DNA of 32,000 nt from Candidatus Omnitrophota bacterium (GTDB lineage: Bacteria > Omnitrophota > Gorgyraeia > 2-01-FULL-45-10). The stretch covers positions 60,001-92,000 of the forward strand of contig JAMWCX010000002.1 of assembly GCA_023818895.1 (NCBI GenBank), read 5' to 3'. Positions 1-9,698 of this stretch are shown here, piece by piece (within the stretch, counting starts at the first letter, position 1; each line of letters opens with the position of its first letter). A program made the position numbers and the translations under genes. The notes below the pieces were generated by a model. The model saw nothing but the letters and a program-made list of their open reading frames with translations, ran no database searches and was not told where the DNA came from.

Positions 1-182
1 GCCTCTATGGTGTAATGATTCTTTCGGGAGCTGCCGTCGACAAGGACGTTTCCGTCTCTTATAAGCCTCTGGAGAAATGCGCGGGAAAAACGGTTCTGCA
101 TTTTTTCCGCAAGGAATTTATCCAACCTTTTCCCAGCGTCCTCCTCGCCAACCTCTATGCTGAAGATATCCCTTTCTTCCAT
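1..182 (-). CDS. RluA/RluD-family pseudouridine synthase, N-terminal (S4 domain) fragment running off the window
   Basis: Not in the ORF track. The minus-strand ATG at 182-180 is the first start after an in-frame stop. Translation is MEERDIFSIEVGEEDAGKRLDKFLAEKMQNRFSRAFLQRLIRDGNVLVDGSSRKNHYTIE..., which fits the RLDkfL...SR..q.LI..G.V.V(N/D)G S4 pattern of RluD-type enzymes. It overlaps the lgt 3' end by 28 nt. Confidence 0.6.
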   Translation of the reverse strand, partial: MEERDIFSIEVGEEDAGKRLDKFLAEKMQNRFSRAFLQRLIRDGNVLVDGSSRKNHYTIE

Positions 183-916
183 CTTTCCAACATATATACG
201 AAAAGCGCTGAGGCGACCATGAAAACCGATATGCTTATAAGTTGCGATAGCGTCAATCCCATCAGTATCTTAGGATTGTCACCGCGTAAAAATTCCATGA
301 AAAATCTCTTATCAGCGTATAACATACAATACCCCAGAAAAATCTCTCCGTTAAAATGCTTTCGATCCTGCCAAAACCTGAGCAACGCGAATATAGCGAT
401 GAGTAGAAAAGCCGAATATAGCTGCGCCGGAAAGCGCGATATCCCGTCCGGAGCAAGGACCGCGCCCAAAGGAAAATCTTGCCTGACCTCTACTCCGTAA
501 CAGCACCCATTAAAAAAGCATCCCACTCTGCCGAAAGCTTGAGCAAGTGCCAGGTAAGGCGCGACAAGATCGGACATCGCCCAGAAATCAAGCCTTTTAA
601 TCCTGACAAACAATAGCGAGGCCGTTAGGGCGAGGGCAAACCCTCCATACCAGACCAGCCCTCCTTTAGAAAGATTTACCACCTCAAGCGGCCTGGCTAC
701 ATAGTATTCCAGGTTTAGCAAAACATACAAAATCCTTGCGCCGGCCACTCCTGTTATAAGAACTAAGATGGCATAATCTATAACCTTATCTCTGTCAAGT
801 CCAAATGTCGGCGCACGATGCCAGATTAGACCTAACGAAACAGCGAAACCAAGCGCGACCATAACGCCATAGGAGTATACGCTGATGGGACCCAACTTAA
901 ACAGGATAGGATGCAT
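155..916 (-). CDS. lgt: prolipoprotein diacylglyceryl transferase
   Basis: The track ORF 155..940 starts at TTG; I prefer the ATG at 916 (MHPILFKLGPISVYSYG...). It is a polytopic membrane protein with the typical Lgt N-terminus and a GRxGCFxNGCCYG-like motif (FGRVGCFFNGCCYG). It lies downstream of lspA. Confidence 0.9.
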   Translation of the reverse strand: MHPILFKLGPISVYSYGVMVALGFAVSLGLIWHRAPTFGLDRDKVIDYAILVLITGVAGARILYVLLNLEYYVARPLEVVNLSKGGLVWYGGFALALTASLLFVRIKRLDFWAMSDLVAPYLALAQAFGRVGCFFNGCCYGVEVRQDFPLGAVLAPDGISRFPAQLYSAFLLIAIFALLRFWQDRKHFNGEIFLGYCMLYADKRFFMEFLRGDNPKILMGLTLSQLISISVFMVASALFVYMLERWKKGISSA

Positions 917-989
917 AGAAATAACCAGCCTTACCGCCAAATCCCAATATCAAATCACGTATTAAACACAAATTTTTGATTTTGGCCTC

Positions 990-1490
990 TTATCTCGATA
1001 TCTGCTTTTTGATATTTGAACTTGTCCCGGATTTCGCTTTGACATTCGAAAAAATACTCAGGATAAGTATGGCCGCTCCGGCTGAGATCGCCGAATCTGC
1101 TATGTTGAATACCGGCCAGATGCGAAAATCAAGGAAATCTATTACATAACCGAACCTCACCCTATCGGCGAGATTGCCCATCGCACCACCGAGAATAAGG
1201 CCAAGAGCCGAGGCTACCGCGATAGTGACGGATCTAGACCTGTATACATATAAGATGATAAGCGCTATGGCTAGAATGGTCATAATAATAGAAAGGCCTG
1301 AGATATCTTTCAGGATACCAAAGGCGGCGCCCTTGTTAGTCACCAGTGTTAAATGAAAAAAATTGGGTATTACGCTGACAGATTTTGCCGCGGGAAGGTT
1401 GTGTGTTATGAAATACTTCGAGACGCGGTCAGCGGCAAAAATCAGAAATGAGATAAAATATATCCAGATTTGCGCCGAGCGGCGGTTCAT
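990..1490 (-). CDS. lspA: lipoprotein signal peptidase (signal peptidase II)
   Basis: Carries the NKGAAFG and FNIADSAI motifs. The start was re-called to the ATG at 1490, which overlaps the upstream TGA by 1 nt (TGATG). Confidence 0.9.
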   Translation of the reverse strand: MNRRSAQIWIYFISFLIFAADRVSKYFITHNLPAAKSVSVIPNFFHLTLVTNKGAAFGILKDISGLSIIMTILAIALIILYVYRSRSVTIAVASALGLILGGAMGNLADRVRFGYVIDFLDFRIWPVFNIADSAISAGAAILILSIFSNVKAKSGTSSNIKKQISR

Positions 1491-1930
1491 CAGCCCTCTT
1501 TTTTCTTCTGGCAGTCTATGCACATTTCCGTGTACGGAAGCGCGCTAAGACGTTTCTTCGCTATCATCTTACCGCACTGCAGACATAAACCATAAGTGCC
1601 TTCCTCAATGCGCTTGATGGCCTCGTCGATAAGATAGAGCCTCTTCTGCTCGTCCGTCGCTCTCCCAAGAGAAAAATCTCTTTCATAGTCATCGCTCGCC
1701 ATATCGGCCATATGATAAGAATATCCGGAAAGGTCTCCCGACGCGTCTCGCTGCGATTTATTGAGCGTATTCTCAGCTATGTGGGATAGGTCGCCGCCCA
1801 CCTTCTCCCTCTCTCTAAGCAGTATCTCCTTGTATTTTTTAAGCTCGGTCTTTGACATCCTCTTAACGGGCGATTTCCTTGCGATATTCTGTTTCTTTTT
1901 AGCCGTTTTCTTCTTTTTTGCTTTCGTCAT
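1490..1930 (-). CDS. DksA/TraR-family C4 zinc-finger protein with a Lys-rich N-terminus
   Basis: The C-terminus CLQCGKMIAKKRLSALPYTEMCIDCQ is the DksA/TraR CxxC-N17-CxxC finger. The ATG at 1930 overlaps the ileS TAA stop (TAATG). The N-terminus is [13 protein letters not shown]... Confidence 0.8.
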   Translation of the reverse strand: MTKAKKKKTAKKKQNIARKSPVKRMSKTELKKYKEILLREREKVGGDLSHIAENTLNKSQRDASGDLSGYSYHMADMASDDYERDFSLGRATDEQKRLYLIDEAIKRIEEGTYGLCLQCGKMIAKKRLSALPYTEMCIDCQKKKEG

Positions 1931-4740
1931 TATCTTTCCTCTCCTTTTAAAACAGCCTTTACGCATCTTTCGCACAGAGTTGGATGAACCTTATCGGAGC
2001 CGACAAGCTCGCTGTAGTTCCAGCACCTCTGGCATTTAACACCCTTGGCTTTTTCAACACAAATTACAACCGGTAAGCCGCTTTCGACATCGCTTTTTTC
2101 GGAAAGCGAATCTTTGATCTCCACTTGCGAAACTATAAAAAGATACCTAAGAAGGCCGCTATTATCTGCCAGAAGCTTCTTATAATTGTCCTCTACCGCG
2201 GCTATCGTTACCCTCGCCTCCAGGCTGGACCCTATCAAACCTGAGGATCTTGCCTCTTCCAGCTTCTTGAGTACCGCCTCCCTCACCGATATTAAGCGAG
2301 ACCACTTCTCATCAAGCGCGACATCATGCCACTGCTTGTAATTAGCTTCGGGCCAATCCTCAAGATGTATGGAATCCGACTTACCGCTGAAACTCAGATG
2401 CTCCCAGGCTTCATCCGTGGTAATGGCCAAGATCGGAGCCATTATCTTCAGCAGCGCTAAGCTCATCAGGAACATAGCCGTCTGGCCTGACCTGCGCTCG
2501 ATCGAGTCAGCCCTGAAAGTGTACATCCTGTCCTTCAATATGTCAAGATATACCGATGACACCTCATAAACACAAAAATTATACACATCGCGGTAAACCT
2601 TATGAAAAGCGTATGCGTCATAGTTTGTCTCGGCGTCTTTTATTAGGGCCGAAAGCCGGGATAAGATCCACTTGTCTGGCTCAAGCATATTTAAATGAGC
2701 TACGGAATCTTTGGAAGGATCAAAATCATAAAGGTTGCTCAATAAATACCTGTAAGTATTGCGAATCTTCCTGTAGGCGTCCGCCAGCCTATTCAATATT
2801 TCGTCAGAAAGCCGCACATCTTCCGAGTAATCGCTGGAGGCAACCCAGAGCCGAAGAATATCCGCGCCGTACTTTCTCATGACCTGTTCCGGCGTTATAA
2901 CATTTCCGAGAGACTTCGACATCTTCTTGCCCTCTCCGTCCACGACAAAGCCGTGGGTAAGGACATTTTTATACGGCGAGATATCATCTATGGCCATCCC
3001 AGTTATAAGGGCAGACTGGAACCATCCCCTGTGCTGATCCGAGCCTTCAAGATAAAGTTCGCACGGATAATCGAGAGAGCTGTCGGTTTTAAGCACGGCT
3101 TGATGGCTAACTCCGGAGTCAAACCAGACGTCAATAATATCGGTCTCCTTAACAAACTCGGCGTTGCCGCATTTCCTGCAAACGGTTCCCTTCGGCAACA
3201 GCTCCGTTTCGTTCTTGGCAAACCATACATCAGCGCCATCTTTTTCGACAATTGAGGCGATGTGCTCTATGATCTTGGCGTCCAGAAGAAGATCTTTACA
3301 ACTTTTGCAGTAAAACGCCGTTATCGGAACTCCCCAATAACGCTGCCTCGAAAGGCACCAGTCAGGCCTGTTCTTGACCATAGCGGATATGCGCGCGCGG
3401 CCAGCCTCCGGTATCCATTGTATCTTTGAATCTATCGCGTCAAGCATCTTAGACCTCAAGCCCTCATGGTCTATGCGCATAAAATACTGCTCGGTCGCCC
3501 TGAATATAATAGGTTTCTTGCATCTCCAGCAATGCGGATACGAATGGCGGACCTCTCCCTGCCGGAGTAGTTTACCAACGGATATCAGTTTCTCAATAAT
3601 AGCCTTGTTCGCGTCATAAACCATAATGCCGCTGAATTCACCGGCCGTTGCGTCAAATCTTCCCTTTTGGTCCACCGGCATTATCGTAGGAAGACCGTAC
3701 TTCCTTCCTGTAAGATAATCCTCTTGACCGTGGCCCGGCGCTGTATGGACGCAACCTGTGCCGTCTTCCATCGTTACATATGAAGCGAGCACCACTGTTG
3801 ATACCCTGTTTATGAAAGGATGCTTTGCCTCAAGACCCTCCAGTTCTTTGCCCGCAAAAGACCTCGAGACCCTGTACTCCTTGATGCCCGACGCCTCCAT
3901 CGTTCTGTCTACGAGGCCCTTTGCCATTATGAAGTTCTCGCCCTTGAAAGCTCCGTCGCCTATCTCGATAAGCGCGTACTCGAAATCGGGATGGACCGCT
4001 ATGGCGACATTGGCGACAAGCGTCCACGGCGTCGTAGTCCAGATGACGAAGGAAGTCCTGGCCGGAAAATCGAGATCCGGCTTTCCGCTTCCTGATAAGT
4101 CGAACTTCACATAAATCGAGGGAGAAGTCTTGTCCTCATACTCGACCTCAGCTTCCGCGAGAGCCGTCTCACACGTCGCGCACCAATTAACAGGCTTAAG
4201 GTCTTTGTAAATATAACCTTTCTCAACCAATTTCCCAAAGGATCTCACTATTTGCGCCTCATAATTTTTGGCTAGCGTAAGATAAGGCTTTTCCCAATTT
4301 CCCATTATCCCCAGCCTCTTAAATTCCCGGCGCTGTATATCCACATATTTCATAGCGTAATCGTGGGCCTTTTTTCTAAACCTTACCTGGTCTATATCGT
4401 ACTTTGTCAATTTAAGCTCCTTGAAGAGCTGGTGTTCCACCGGAAGGCCGTGGCAATCCCATCCCGGTACGTACGGCGAATCAAAGCCCCGCATAGTTTT
4501 GTACCTTATCACGATATCCTTAAGTATCTTGTTAAGGGCATGGCCCATATGAATGGAACCATTCGCGTATGGCGGGCCGTCGTGCAAGATGAATTTGGGT
4601 GATCCTTTACGCTTCTTCCTTATCTTACCGTAAAGATCTTTTTCTTCCCAGCGCTTGATGATATGAGGCTCTCTATTCGGCAGGTCGGCCTTCATAGAAA
4701 ATTCTGTTTTAGGAAGATTAAGCGTATTCTTATATTCCAT
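1930..4740 (-). CDS. ileS: isoleucine--tRNA ligase
   Basis: 936 aa. Has the HMGH (HIGH-class) motif, KMSKS, a CP1 editing-domain-like insert and a C-terminal Zn finger (CQRCWNY...CERC). Confidence 0.97.
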   Translation of the reverse strand: MEYKNTLNLPKTEFSMKADLPNREPHIIKRWEEKDLYGKIRKKRKGSPKFILHDGPPYANGSIHMGHALNKILKDIVIRYKTMRGFDSPYVPGWDCHGLPVEHQLFKELKLTKYDIDQVRFRKKAHDYAMKYVDIQRREFKRLGIMGNWEKPYLTLAKNYEAQIVRSFGKLVEKGYIYKDLKPVNWCATCETALAEAEVEYEDKTSPSIYVKFDLSGSGKPDLDFPARTSFVIWTTTPWTLVANVAIAVHPDFEYALIEIGDGAFKGENFIMAKGLVDRTMEASGIKEYRVSRSFAGKELEGLEAKHPFINRVSTVVLASYVTMEDGTGCVHTAPGHGQEDYLTGRKYGLPTIMPVDQKGRFDATAGEFSGIMVYDANKAIIEKLISVGKLLRQGEVRHSYPHCWRCKKPIIFRATEQYFMRIDHEGLRSKMLDAIDSKIQWIPEAGRARISAMVKNRPDWCLSRQRYWGVPITAFYCKSCKDLLLDAKIIEHIASIVEKDGADVWFAKNETELLPKGTVCRKCGNAEFVKETDIIDVWFDSGVSHQAVLKTDSSLDYPCELYLEGSDQHRGWFQSALITGMAIDDISPYKNVLTHGFVVDGEGKKMSKSLGNVITPEQVMRKYGADILRLWVASSDYSEDVRLSDEILNRLADAYRKIRNTYRYLLSNLYDFDPSKDSVAHLNMLEPDKWILSRLSALIKDAETNYDAYAFHKVYRDVYNFCVYEVSSVYLDILKDRMYTFRADSIERRSGQTAMFLMSLALLKIMAPILAITTDEAWEHLSFSGKSDSIHLEDWPEANYKQWHDVALDEKWSRLISVREAVLKKLEEARSSGLIGSSLEARVTIAAVEDNYKKLLADNSGLLRYLFIVSQVEIKDSLSEKSDVESGLPVVICVEKAKGVKCQRCWNYSELVGSDKVHPTLCERCVKAVLKGEER

Positions 4741-4742
4741 TT

Positions 4743-5612
4743 TTATTTTATATATTTTCCTATCAAAAGCTCAAGCTTCTTCTTCGTCTTAGCGGGTATA
4801 AACTTAGGGTTTGTGATTATAGCGTTCTTAAGTGCGGTACCGCATGCGCATGGCCTCTCCTCTCCTATCTTTCGCAACGCATGGCGCACAATGTTCTTCG
4901 CGTTCTCCACATTCTTGGCAAGATTCTGGATTATAAGCTCAACCGTTACCGATTCCGTATCGGCCTCCAGATACCAACAGTCATAATCTGTTACGCACGC
5001 CAGCGTAGCGAAACATATCTCGGCCTCACGCGCAAGCTTCGCCTCAGCCATATTGCTCATGGCTATTATATCCATGCCCCACGAGCGGTATAGCTCTGAC
5101 TCGGCCCTAGTCGAGAACTCCGGCCCTTCCATGTTTATATAGGTACCTGCCTGGTGCATTGATACTCCCAGAGAGCAACCGGATTCATAAAGGATCTTGG
5201 AAAGATGCCCGCAGACAGGATCTGCGAAGGTCACGTGAGCTACGACCCCTTCCCCGAAGAATGTCATCCGTCGCGCCTGATTAGTTCTATCAACATACTG
5301 ATCGGGCACCACGATATCGAGCGGCTTGATGTCCTTCCGCAGGCTCCCGCAGGCAGATATTGATATGATTCGGTCTACGCCAAGCTTCTTCATTCCCCAT
5401 ATATTCGCCCGATAATTTATCTCACTGGGAAGTATGCTGTGGCCCTTGCCATGCCGCGCCAGGAACACTACCTCTTTTCCTTCAAGGACTCCTGTCACGA
5501 AATCATCGGACGGCTTCCCGAAGGGCGTCGTCACCTTGACCTTCTTAAGCCTTTTCATGCCTTCCATTTCGTAAAAACCGCTTCCTCCTATTATGCCTAC
5601 CCTCCCTTTCAT
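4743..5612 (-). CDS. mtnP: S-methyl-5'-thioadenosine phosphorylase
   Basis: Has the [10 protein letters not shown]-terminus and the FLARHG, EGPxFSTRAES and ACVTDYDCW motifs typical of MTAP-type PNP-family enzymes. Confidence 0.9.
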   Translation of the reverse strand: MKGRVGIIGGSGFYEMEGMKRLKKVKVTTPFGKPSDDFVTGVLEGKEVVFLARHGKGHSILPSEINYRANIWGMKKLGVDRIISISACGSLRKDIKPLDIVVPDQYVDRTNQARRMTFFGEGVVAHVTFADPVCGHLSKILYESGCSLGVSMHQAGTYINMEGPEFSTRAESELYRSWGMDIIAMSNMAEAKLAREAEICFATLACVTDYDCWYLEADTESVTVELIIQNLAKNVENAKNIVRHALRKIGEERPCACGTALKNAIITNPKFIPAKTKKKLELLIGKYIK

Positions 5613-5627
5613 TATAACCGCCCCTCC

Positions 5628-5927
5628 CTATCTTATCCTAGTTGCCACATCCAGAAGTGTCTTAACCAGAAAAAGCTTTAAAAACCATATCGCGATTAGC
5701 GCTAATATCGGCGAAAAATCGATTCCTATCGTATAAGCGGGCAAAAGCCTGCGAAAGGGCGCCAGAATAGGCTCGGTTGTTCTGTACAAAAAATGGACAA
5801 TGATATTATATGGATCCGGATTCACCCAGCTTATAAGCGCCCTGATTATGATGAGCCAGATAGCTATCGTTAATCCGTAATCTATTATCGTAGCAACGGC
5901 ATATACGAAATTACTTAAGACGAACAC
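5628..5927 (-). CDS. YggT-family membrane protein
   Basis: 99-aa small membrane protein with the YggT pattern (P..R.L..P..GIDFSPI). It sits in the conserved yggS-proC-yggT arrangement. Confidence 0.8.
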   Translation of the reverse strand: MFVLSNFVYAVATIIDYGLTIAIWLIIIRALISWVNPDPYNIIVHFLYRTTEPILAPFRRLLPAYTIGIDFSPILALIAIWFLKLFLVKTLLDVATRIR

Positions 5928-5929
5928 CT

Positions 5930-6754
5930 TTACCTCCTGGAAAGCTCTTTTGAACGCCTCGCGGCGGCCGCAACCCCTTGTGATATGATTTTTTTAAGAT
6001 GCTTTGCCTCAAAGACATTTATAGCGGCTTCCGTGGTGCCGCCTTTAGAGGTGACCTTCTGTCGTATGCGAGCAGGCTCATCTTTCAGATATTCCCATAG
6101 CTTTGCTGTGCCAACGGCTGTCCTGAAAACCAGCCTCTTGGCCACTTCCTCATCGAGACCCAGCTTCACTGCGGCCTGGTGAAGGGCTTCCGCCAAATAA
6201 AAGAAATAGGCCGGCCCGCTGCCGCTTATCGCTGTCACCGCGTCAATGAGCTTTTCGTCCACCTCGATAACTTCGCCTATTGTGGAAAATATTAACTTCG
6301 CTATATCCATATGCTCTTTGGTGGCAGTGGTACCTGCGCTTAAGGCGGAGATGGCCTCTCCGATCATGGCTGGCATGTTTGGCATAACCCGAATCACCGG
6401 AACATCAACGCCCAAAACCCCTTCAATATGTTTTATTGTGATGCCGGCGGCTATTGAGATCACCAGCTTATCCTTCGAAACACCGCAGCAAACCTCTTGA
6501 TTGAGAACTTTATCAAAATCCTGCGGCTTGACGGCTATAATGATAACATCCGAGAACTTGACGAGATAATTGTTGTCTATCTCAACTATTATCTTATATT
6601 TTGACTGTATGACATCTCTCCTAACAGCGTCTATCTCGCTCACCATAAGAGATGTGCTCTTTTCCATGACCCTTGCCAGGCGGCTAAATATGGCCTCCCC
6701 CATATTGCCGCAACCGATTATACCGATCTTCTTATTGAACATGGCTGACTCCAT
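5930..6754 (-). CDS. proC: pyrroline-5-carboxylate reductase
   Basis: Has a GIIGCGNMG Rossmann motif and a C-terminal SKGGTTEAA motif. The start was re-called to the ATG at 6754, preceded by GAGAGGA at about 6 nt. The track start at 6802 would overlap yggS. Confidence 0.9.
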   Translation of the reverse strand: MESAMFNKKIGIIGCGNMGEAIFSRLARVMEKSTSLMVSEIDAVRRDVIQSKYKIIVEIDNNYLVKFSDVIIIAVKPQDFDKVLNQEVCCGVSKDKLVISIAAGITIKHIEGVLGVDVPVIRVMPNMPAMIGEAISALSAGTTATKEHMDIAKLIFSTIGEVIEVDEKLIDAVTAISGSGPAYFFYLAEALHQAAVKLGLDEEVAKRLVFRTAVGTAKLWEYLKDEPARIRQKVTSKGGTTEAAINVFEAKHLKKIISQGVAAAARRSKELSRR

Positions 6755-6779
6755 ATGGAATCCTCTCAAGCTATCCTGC

Positions 6780-7454
6780 TCACCGAAAGATCGCGCGCCC
6801 AATCCTTACCATATTAGCGCCTTCTTCAATGGCTACCTCGAAGTCATTTGTCATGCCCATCGAAAGAATGCTTAATTCGCAGGAGGCAAGATGCATAGCG
6901 TTGATTTTATCGCGCAGTTGACGAAGAGCACGAAAGTAAGGTCTCACCTTTTCCGCGTCATCAACTTCAGGCGCTATCGTCATGAGGCCTTTTATGTTAA
7001 TATTGCGATATGAGGATAGCTGTTTTAAAAATTCGACTATCCCCCCAGGCGCTATGCCGAATTTCGTCTCTTCACCGGATATATTGACTTGCACAAGAAC
7101 ATCCTGTACCTTACCGAGCTTCTCCGCTTCCTTATTGATCTCTTTCGCCAGACGCAAGCTGTCCAGGGAATGTATGAGCGAGAACATTTTTACCGCGTCT
7201 TTGACCTTATTAGTCTGAAGATGGCCGATTAGGTGCCATGTTACCCTATCGCCGATGATACGGTGCTTTGCCATGGCATCCTGGATTCTGCTCTCGCCTA
7301 CTATTCGAATACCAGCCTCGATAGCTTGATCTATTTCTTCGACTGAGGCCTCCTTCGTCACACACACAAGCTGGACATCATCTACCAGCCTGCCGCTTTT
7401 TTCACAACACCTTGCTATTCTTTGTGTTACGTTTTTTATATTATCTGCTATCAT
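6780..7454 (-). CDS. yggS: YggS-family pyridoxal-phosphate homeostasis protein
   Basis: Has VTKxxS, GESRIQDA and WHLIGHLQTNKVK motifs. The shorter start at 7454 is preferred because the longer one lies inside a promoter-like element. Confidence 0.85.
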   Translation of the reverse strand: MIADNIKNVTQRIARCCEKSGRLVDDVQLVCVTKEASVEEIDQAIEAGIRIVGESRIQDAMAKHRIIGDRVTWHLIGHLQTNKVKDAVKMFSLIHSLDSLRLAKEINKEAEKLGKVQDVLVQVNISGEETKFGIAPGGIVEFLKQLSSYRNINIKGLMTIAPEVDDAEKVRPYFRALRQLRDKINAMHLASCELSILSMGMTNDFEVAIEEGANMVRIGRAIFR

Positions 7455-7471
7455 AAGCAAATGGACAGGAT

Positions 7472-7500
7472 AAAATAACACAAAGATTGCCAAAAGTCAA
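7472..7500 (-). promoter_or_regulatory. candidate sigma70-type promoter for the yggS operon
   Basis: On the minus strand: TTGACT (7500-7495), a 17-nt spacer, then TATTTT (7477-7472), directly after the rnpB terminator. Motif match only. Confidence 0.35.
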
Positions 7501-7571
7501 CGAAATTGGATATAGATACCTAACCCGCCTTGGACAACCTTAACAGCTCAAAAAGCAATGGTCTATGAGTA

Positions 7572-7603
7572 GATAAAGAAGGCGGCAGAAAATTTCTGCC
7601 GCC
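7572..7603 (-). terminator. intrinsic terminator downstream of rnpB
   Basis: Perfect 8-bp GC-rich stem GGCGGCAG/CTGCCGCC (7581-7603) with a 7-nt loop, followed on the minus strand by TTCTTTATC. Confidence 0.6.
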
Positions 7604-7611
7604 TTTCTAAT

Positions 7612-8199
7612 AGCACGCAGGCCTGTAAGCCGGGTTCTGTCTTATCCCTCTCGGGACGAGGCGCTCATCTATCTTGTCCAGGCATTACTGCCGGGATCTA
7701 GCGACCTTACCCGTTCCGATACTGATATATTTACAGTAGGAGCGAGCAACTCCTTAATCGGAACCTATTTGGTCTTGCTCCGCGTAGAGATTGCCTCGTT
7801 TCACCCTACTCCGTTAGATAGGCCGGGATGAAATTGGTCCACAAGCCTCTGGCCAAGCCTTTTCAGTGGCCTTGACCCGAAAAGCCGCATACCAACTGGT
7901 CCAACCGATCTAACATAGTAGACTCGTCTCTGTGGCTCTACCATAAACCAGATCAAAGATCGGTTTAAGGCAACCCCAAACCGAACGAAGTTCTTGTTCA
8001 GGGCTTATCCTCGCCTTTCGACGGGCGGCCGTTAGCCGCTACGCTGCTCCCCTCCGTCGCGGCCTCTGCTGACCGCAGATGCCTTGATTCGGAAGGTCCT
8101 CCGATGCTCAAATGTAAAAATATTTGAACAAAGGAAGATTAGGAGCCCGGACTTTCCTCTCCCGCCAGTTACTGCGGAAGCGAGCGCCCGGCCTGCGAA
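7612..8199 (-). ncRNA. rnpB: RNase P RNA (bacterial type-A-like core), unusually long
   Basis: The minus strand contains AGAGGAAAGTCCGGGCTCC (8160-8142) and ACAGAACCCGGCTTA (7640-7626), the two universally conserved P4 strands. An 8-bp P1 pairs 8197-8190 with 7623-7616. Other type-A-like motifs are GGAGCAAGACCAAATAGG, GTAGGGTGAAA and a GTAA-capped P18-like hairpin. There is no ORF of 60 aa or more here. Ends are approximate. Confidence 0.85.
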
Positions 8200-8223
8200 A
8201 TTCATGAAGTAAATCTTGCCTTA

Positions 8224-8640
8224 CTAATAAAGGGCTGCTAGATTTATAGCTTTATTTACAAGCTTATCCGCTTCTTTATTCTTATCACGGTCTATATGTT
8301 TTATTTCGAAGGATTTGAAGGCCTTCAGCAACCCTAACGCATTTTCAAAGAGTGGTCTTATGCCATCATCCTTGACCCTGTATTCACCGTTAAGCTGCTT
8401 GGCCAGTAGCTCGCTATCCAGATATATGACCACTTCGCTTGCGCCGAGCGCCGCAGCCTCTTCCAGGCCGCTAAGAAGGGCGTTATATTCAGCGATGTTG
8501 TTCGTCGTCTGACCAATATACTTGCAAATCTCCTTTATCTTCTTTCTTCTTGAATCCAGTACTACCACGCCTATCCCGGACGGGCCGGGGTTACCCCTGC
8601 TACCACCATCGGTATAGATGAACAATTTTTTATTCTTCAA
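8224..8640 (-). CDS. rnhA: ribonuclease HI-family protein
   Basis: Has the N-terminal IYTDGGSRGNPGPSGIG motif, then AEYNAL and DSELL..Q, the RNase H (type 1) catalytic D-E-D pattern. Overlaps the upstream gene by 11 nt. Confidence 0.8.
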   Translation of the reverse strand: MKNKKLFIYTDGGSRGNPGPSGIGVVVLDSRRKKIKEICKYIGQTTNNIAEYNALLSGLEEAAALGASEVVIYLDSELLAKQLNGEYRVKDDGIRPLFENALGLLKAFKSFEIKHIDRDKNKEADKLVNKAINLAALY

Positions 8641-9343
8641 TGTAAAGTATCCTGGCGCAGTTCTCGCACACGACTAGTTCTGACTTCATCTTTATCTCGT
8701 TTATAACCTGCGGAGGAAGTATTCTGAAGCACCCCTGGCATGAGTCCTGCAATACCGGCACGACTGCCAGGCCGTCCTTGCTCGACAATATTCTCTCGTA
8801 CTTCGAAAGTATAGCCTTGTCCACCTTGAGCGCCAGCTCCGAGCGCTGTTTCTGGAGAGCCGCAAGTTCTTCTTTAAGGCGGCCGGCTTCCACCTCGAGC
8901 TTCTTCTTCTCTTCCGATAACGCTATTTCTTCTTTCTTAAGAAAATCTTTCTCTTTGGCAATCTCGGCGTTCTCGGCATCCATCTCATCCAGTATCTTTA
9001 TTATCTCCTCTTCTATAAGTGAGTTGTCAGCTTTTATTCTGGCTATCTCTTCCTGGAGCGCTGTGTACTCCTTATTCGTCTTGACCTGATACATCTGCGT
9101 CGTATATTTCTTTATAGTGTCCTCCTTGCCCTGAAGTTCAACCTCTTTCTCTTTCCGTCTGACCTGCAGCGATTTTATATTTTCTTCATGCCTCTTCAGA
9201 TTTTGAGCCTTCTGCTGGAAAGCGCCTTCCATAACTTTTATCTTTTCCGGTATCGAATCGAGTTCATCGTTAAGCCTGAGTATATTGGTATCAAGGCCCT
9301 GCAGCTCAACAAGTATTTTTATTTGTTCTTCAAGATTTAACAT
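8630..9343 (-). CDS. coiled-coil protein with C-terminal C4 zinc ribbon (COG1579/DUF164-like)
   Basis: Long heptad-rich, E/K-rich body ending in CQGCFRILPPQ...CENCARILY. A pairing with RNase H is a gene arrangement I recall from other bacteria. Confidence 0.75.
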   Translation of the reverse strand: MLNLEEQIKILVELQGLDTNILRLNDELDSIPEKIKVMEGAFQQKAQNLKRHEENIKSLQVRRKEKEVELQGKEDTIKKYTTQMYQVKTNKEYTALQEEIARIKADNSLIEEEIIKILDEMDAENAEIAKEKDFLKKEEIALSEEKKKLEVEAGRLKEELAALQKQRSELALKVDKAILSKYERILSSKDGLAVVPVLQDSCQGCFRILPPQVINEIKMKSELVVCENCARILYIEE

Positions 9344-9540
9344 GGTAAACGTTAAGTATAAATAGATTCAGCCTTACATTTATATAGGTGGCGCGGAAAC
9401 TCGGTCTTAAGCTCACAGACCTCTCTTTCGGCCAACCAATTTGCTGTCGGTAAGAGGCTTGATTCTTCCCTCTGATCAGCGCAAATACTTTTCGAGTTCT
9501 TTCATGGAATCTTATAAAACACTCGCTAGTTCAAGCAATA

Positions 9541-9617
9541 TGGTGGGCACTAGGGGACTCGAACCTCTGACCTCTGCGATGTGAGCGCAGCGCTCTAACC
9601 AGCTGAGCTAAGTGCCC
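9541..9617 (-). tRNA. tRNA-Val (anticodon CAC), CCA encoded
   Basis: The reverse complement is GGGCACTTAGCTCAGCTGGTTAGAGCGCTGCGCTCACATCGCAGAGGTCAGAGGTTCGAGTCCCCTAGTGCCCACCA. It folds as a cloverleaf with a 7-bp acceptor stem, GCTC/GAGC D stem, CTGCG/CGCAG anticodon stem, CTCACAT loop and a TTCGAGT T-loop (one A-C mismatch in the T stem). Confidence 0.95.
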
Positions 9618-9698
9618 TTGGTGGCAAATAGCGCGCAATAAATGGCCTGCCATCCGAAACCTGCTTCACTGAAAAACCTAACCGATCGAGGTGAAGAA

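Noticed and set aside
7936-8141. Mobile element, intron or ORF inside the RNase P RNA expansion
   Set aside because: There is no ORF of meaningful length on either strand. I see no terminal inverted or direct repeats and no group I/II intron signature motifs that I can recognise. Expansion helices are the simpler reading.
8224-9343. RNase H plus zinc-ribbon pair as a retron- or defence-like module
   Set aside because: There is no reverse transcriptase, nuclease effector or ATPase. I recall the pair as a conserved housekeeping arrangement, and here it is embedded among core genes.
9344-9540. Possible SRP RNA, 6S RNA, tmRNA or a third tRNA in the spacer
   Set aside because: I looked for the SRP GGAAGGAAGCAGCC-type domain IV motif, a T-loop (GTTCRANYC) and the tmRNA tag/tRNA-like end. 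None is present. It is kept only as a low-interest unexplained spacer.
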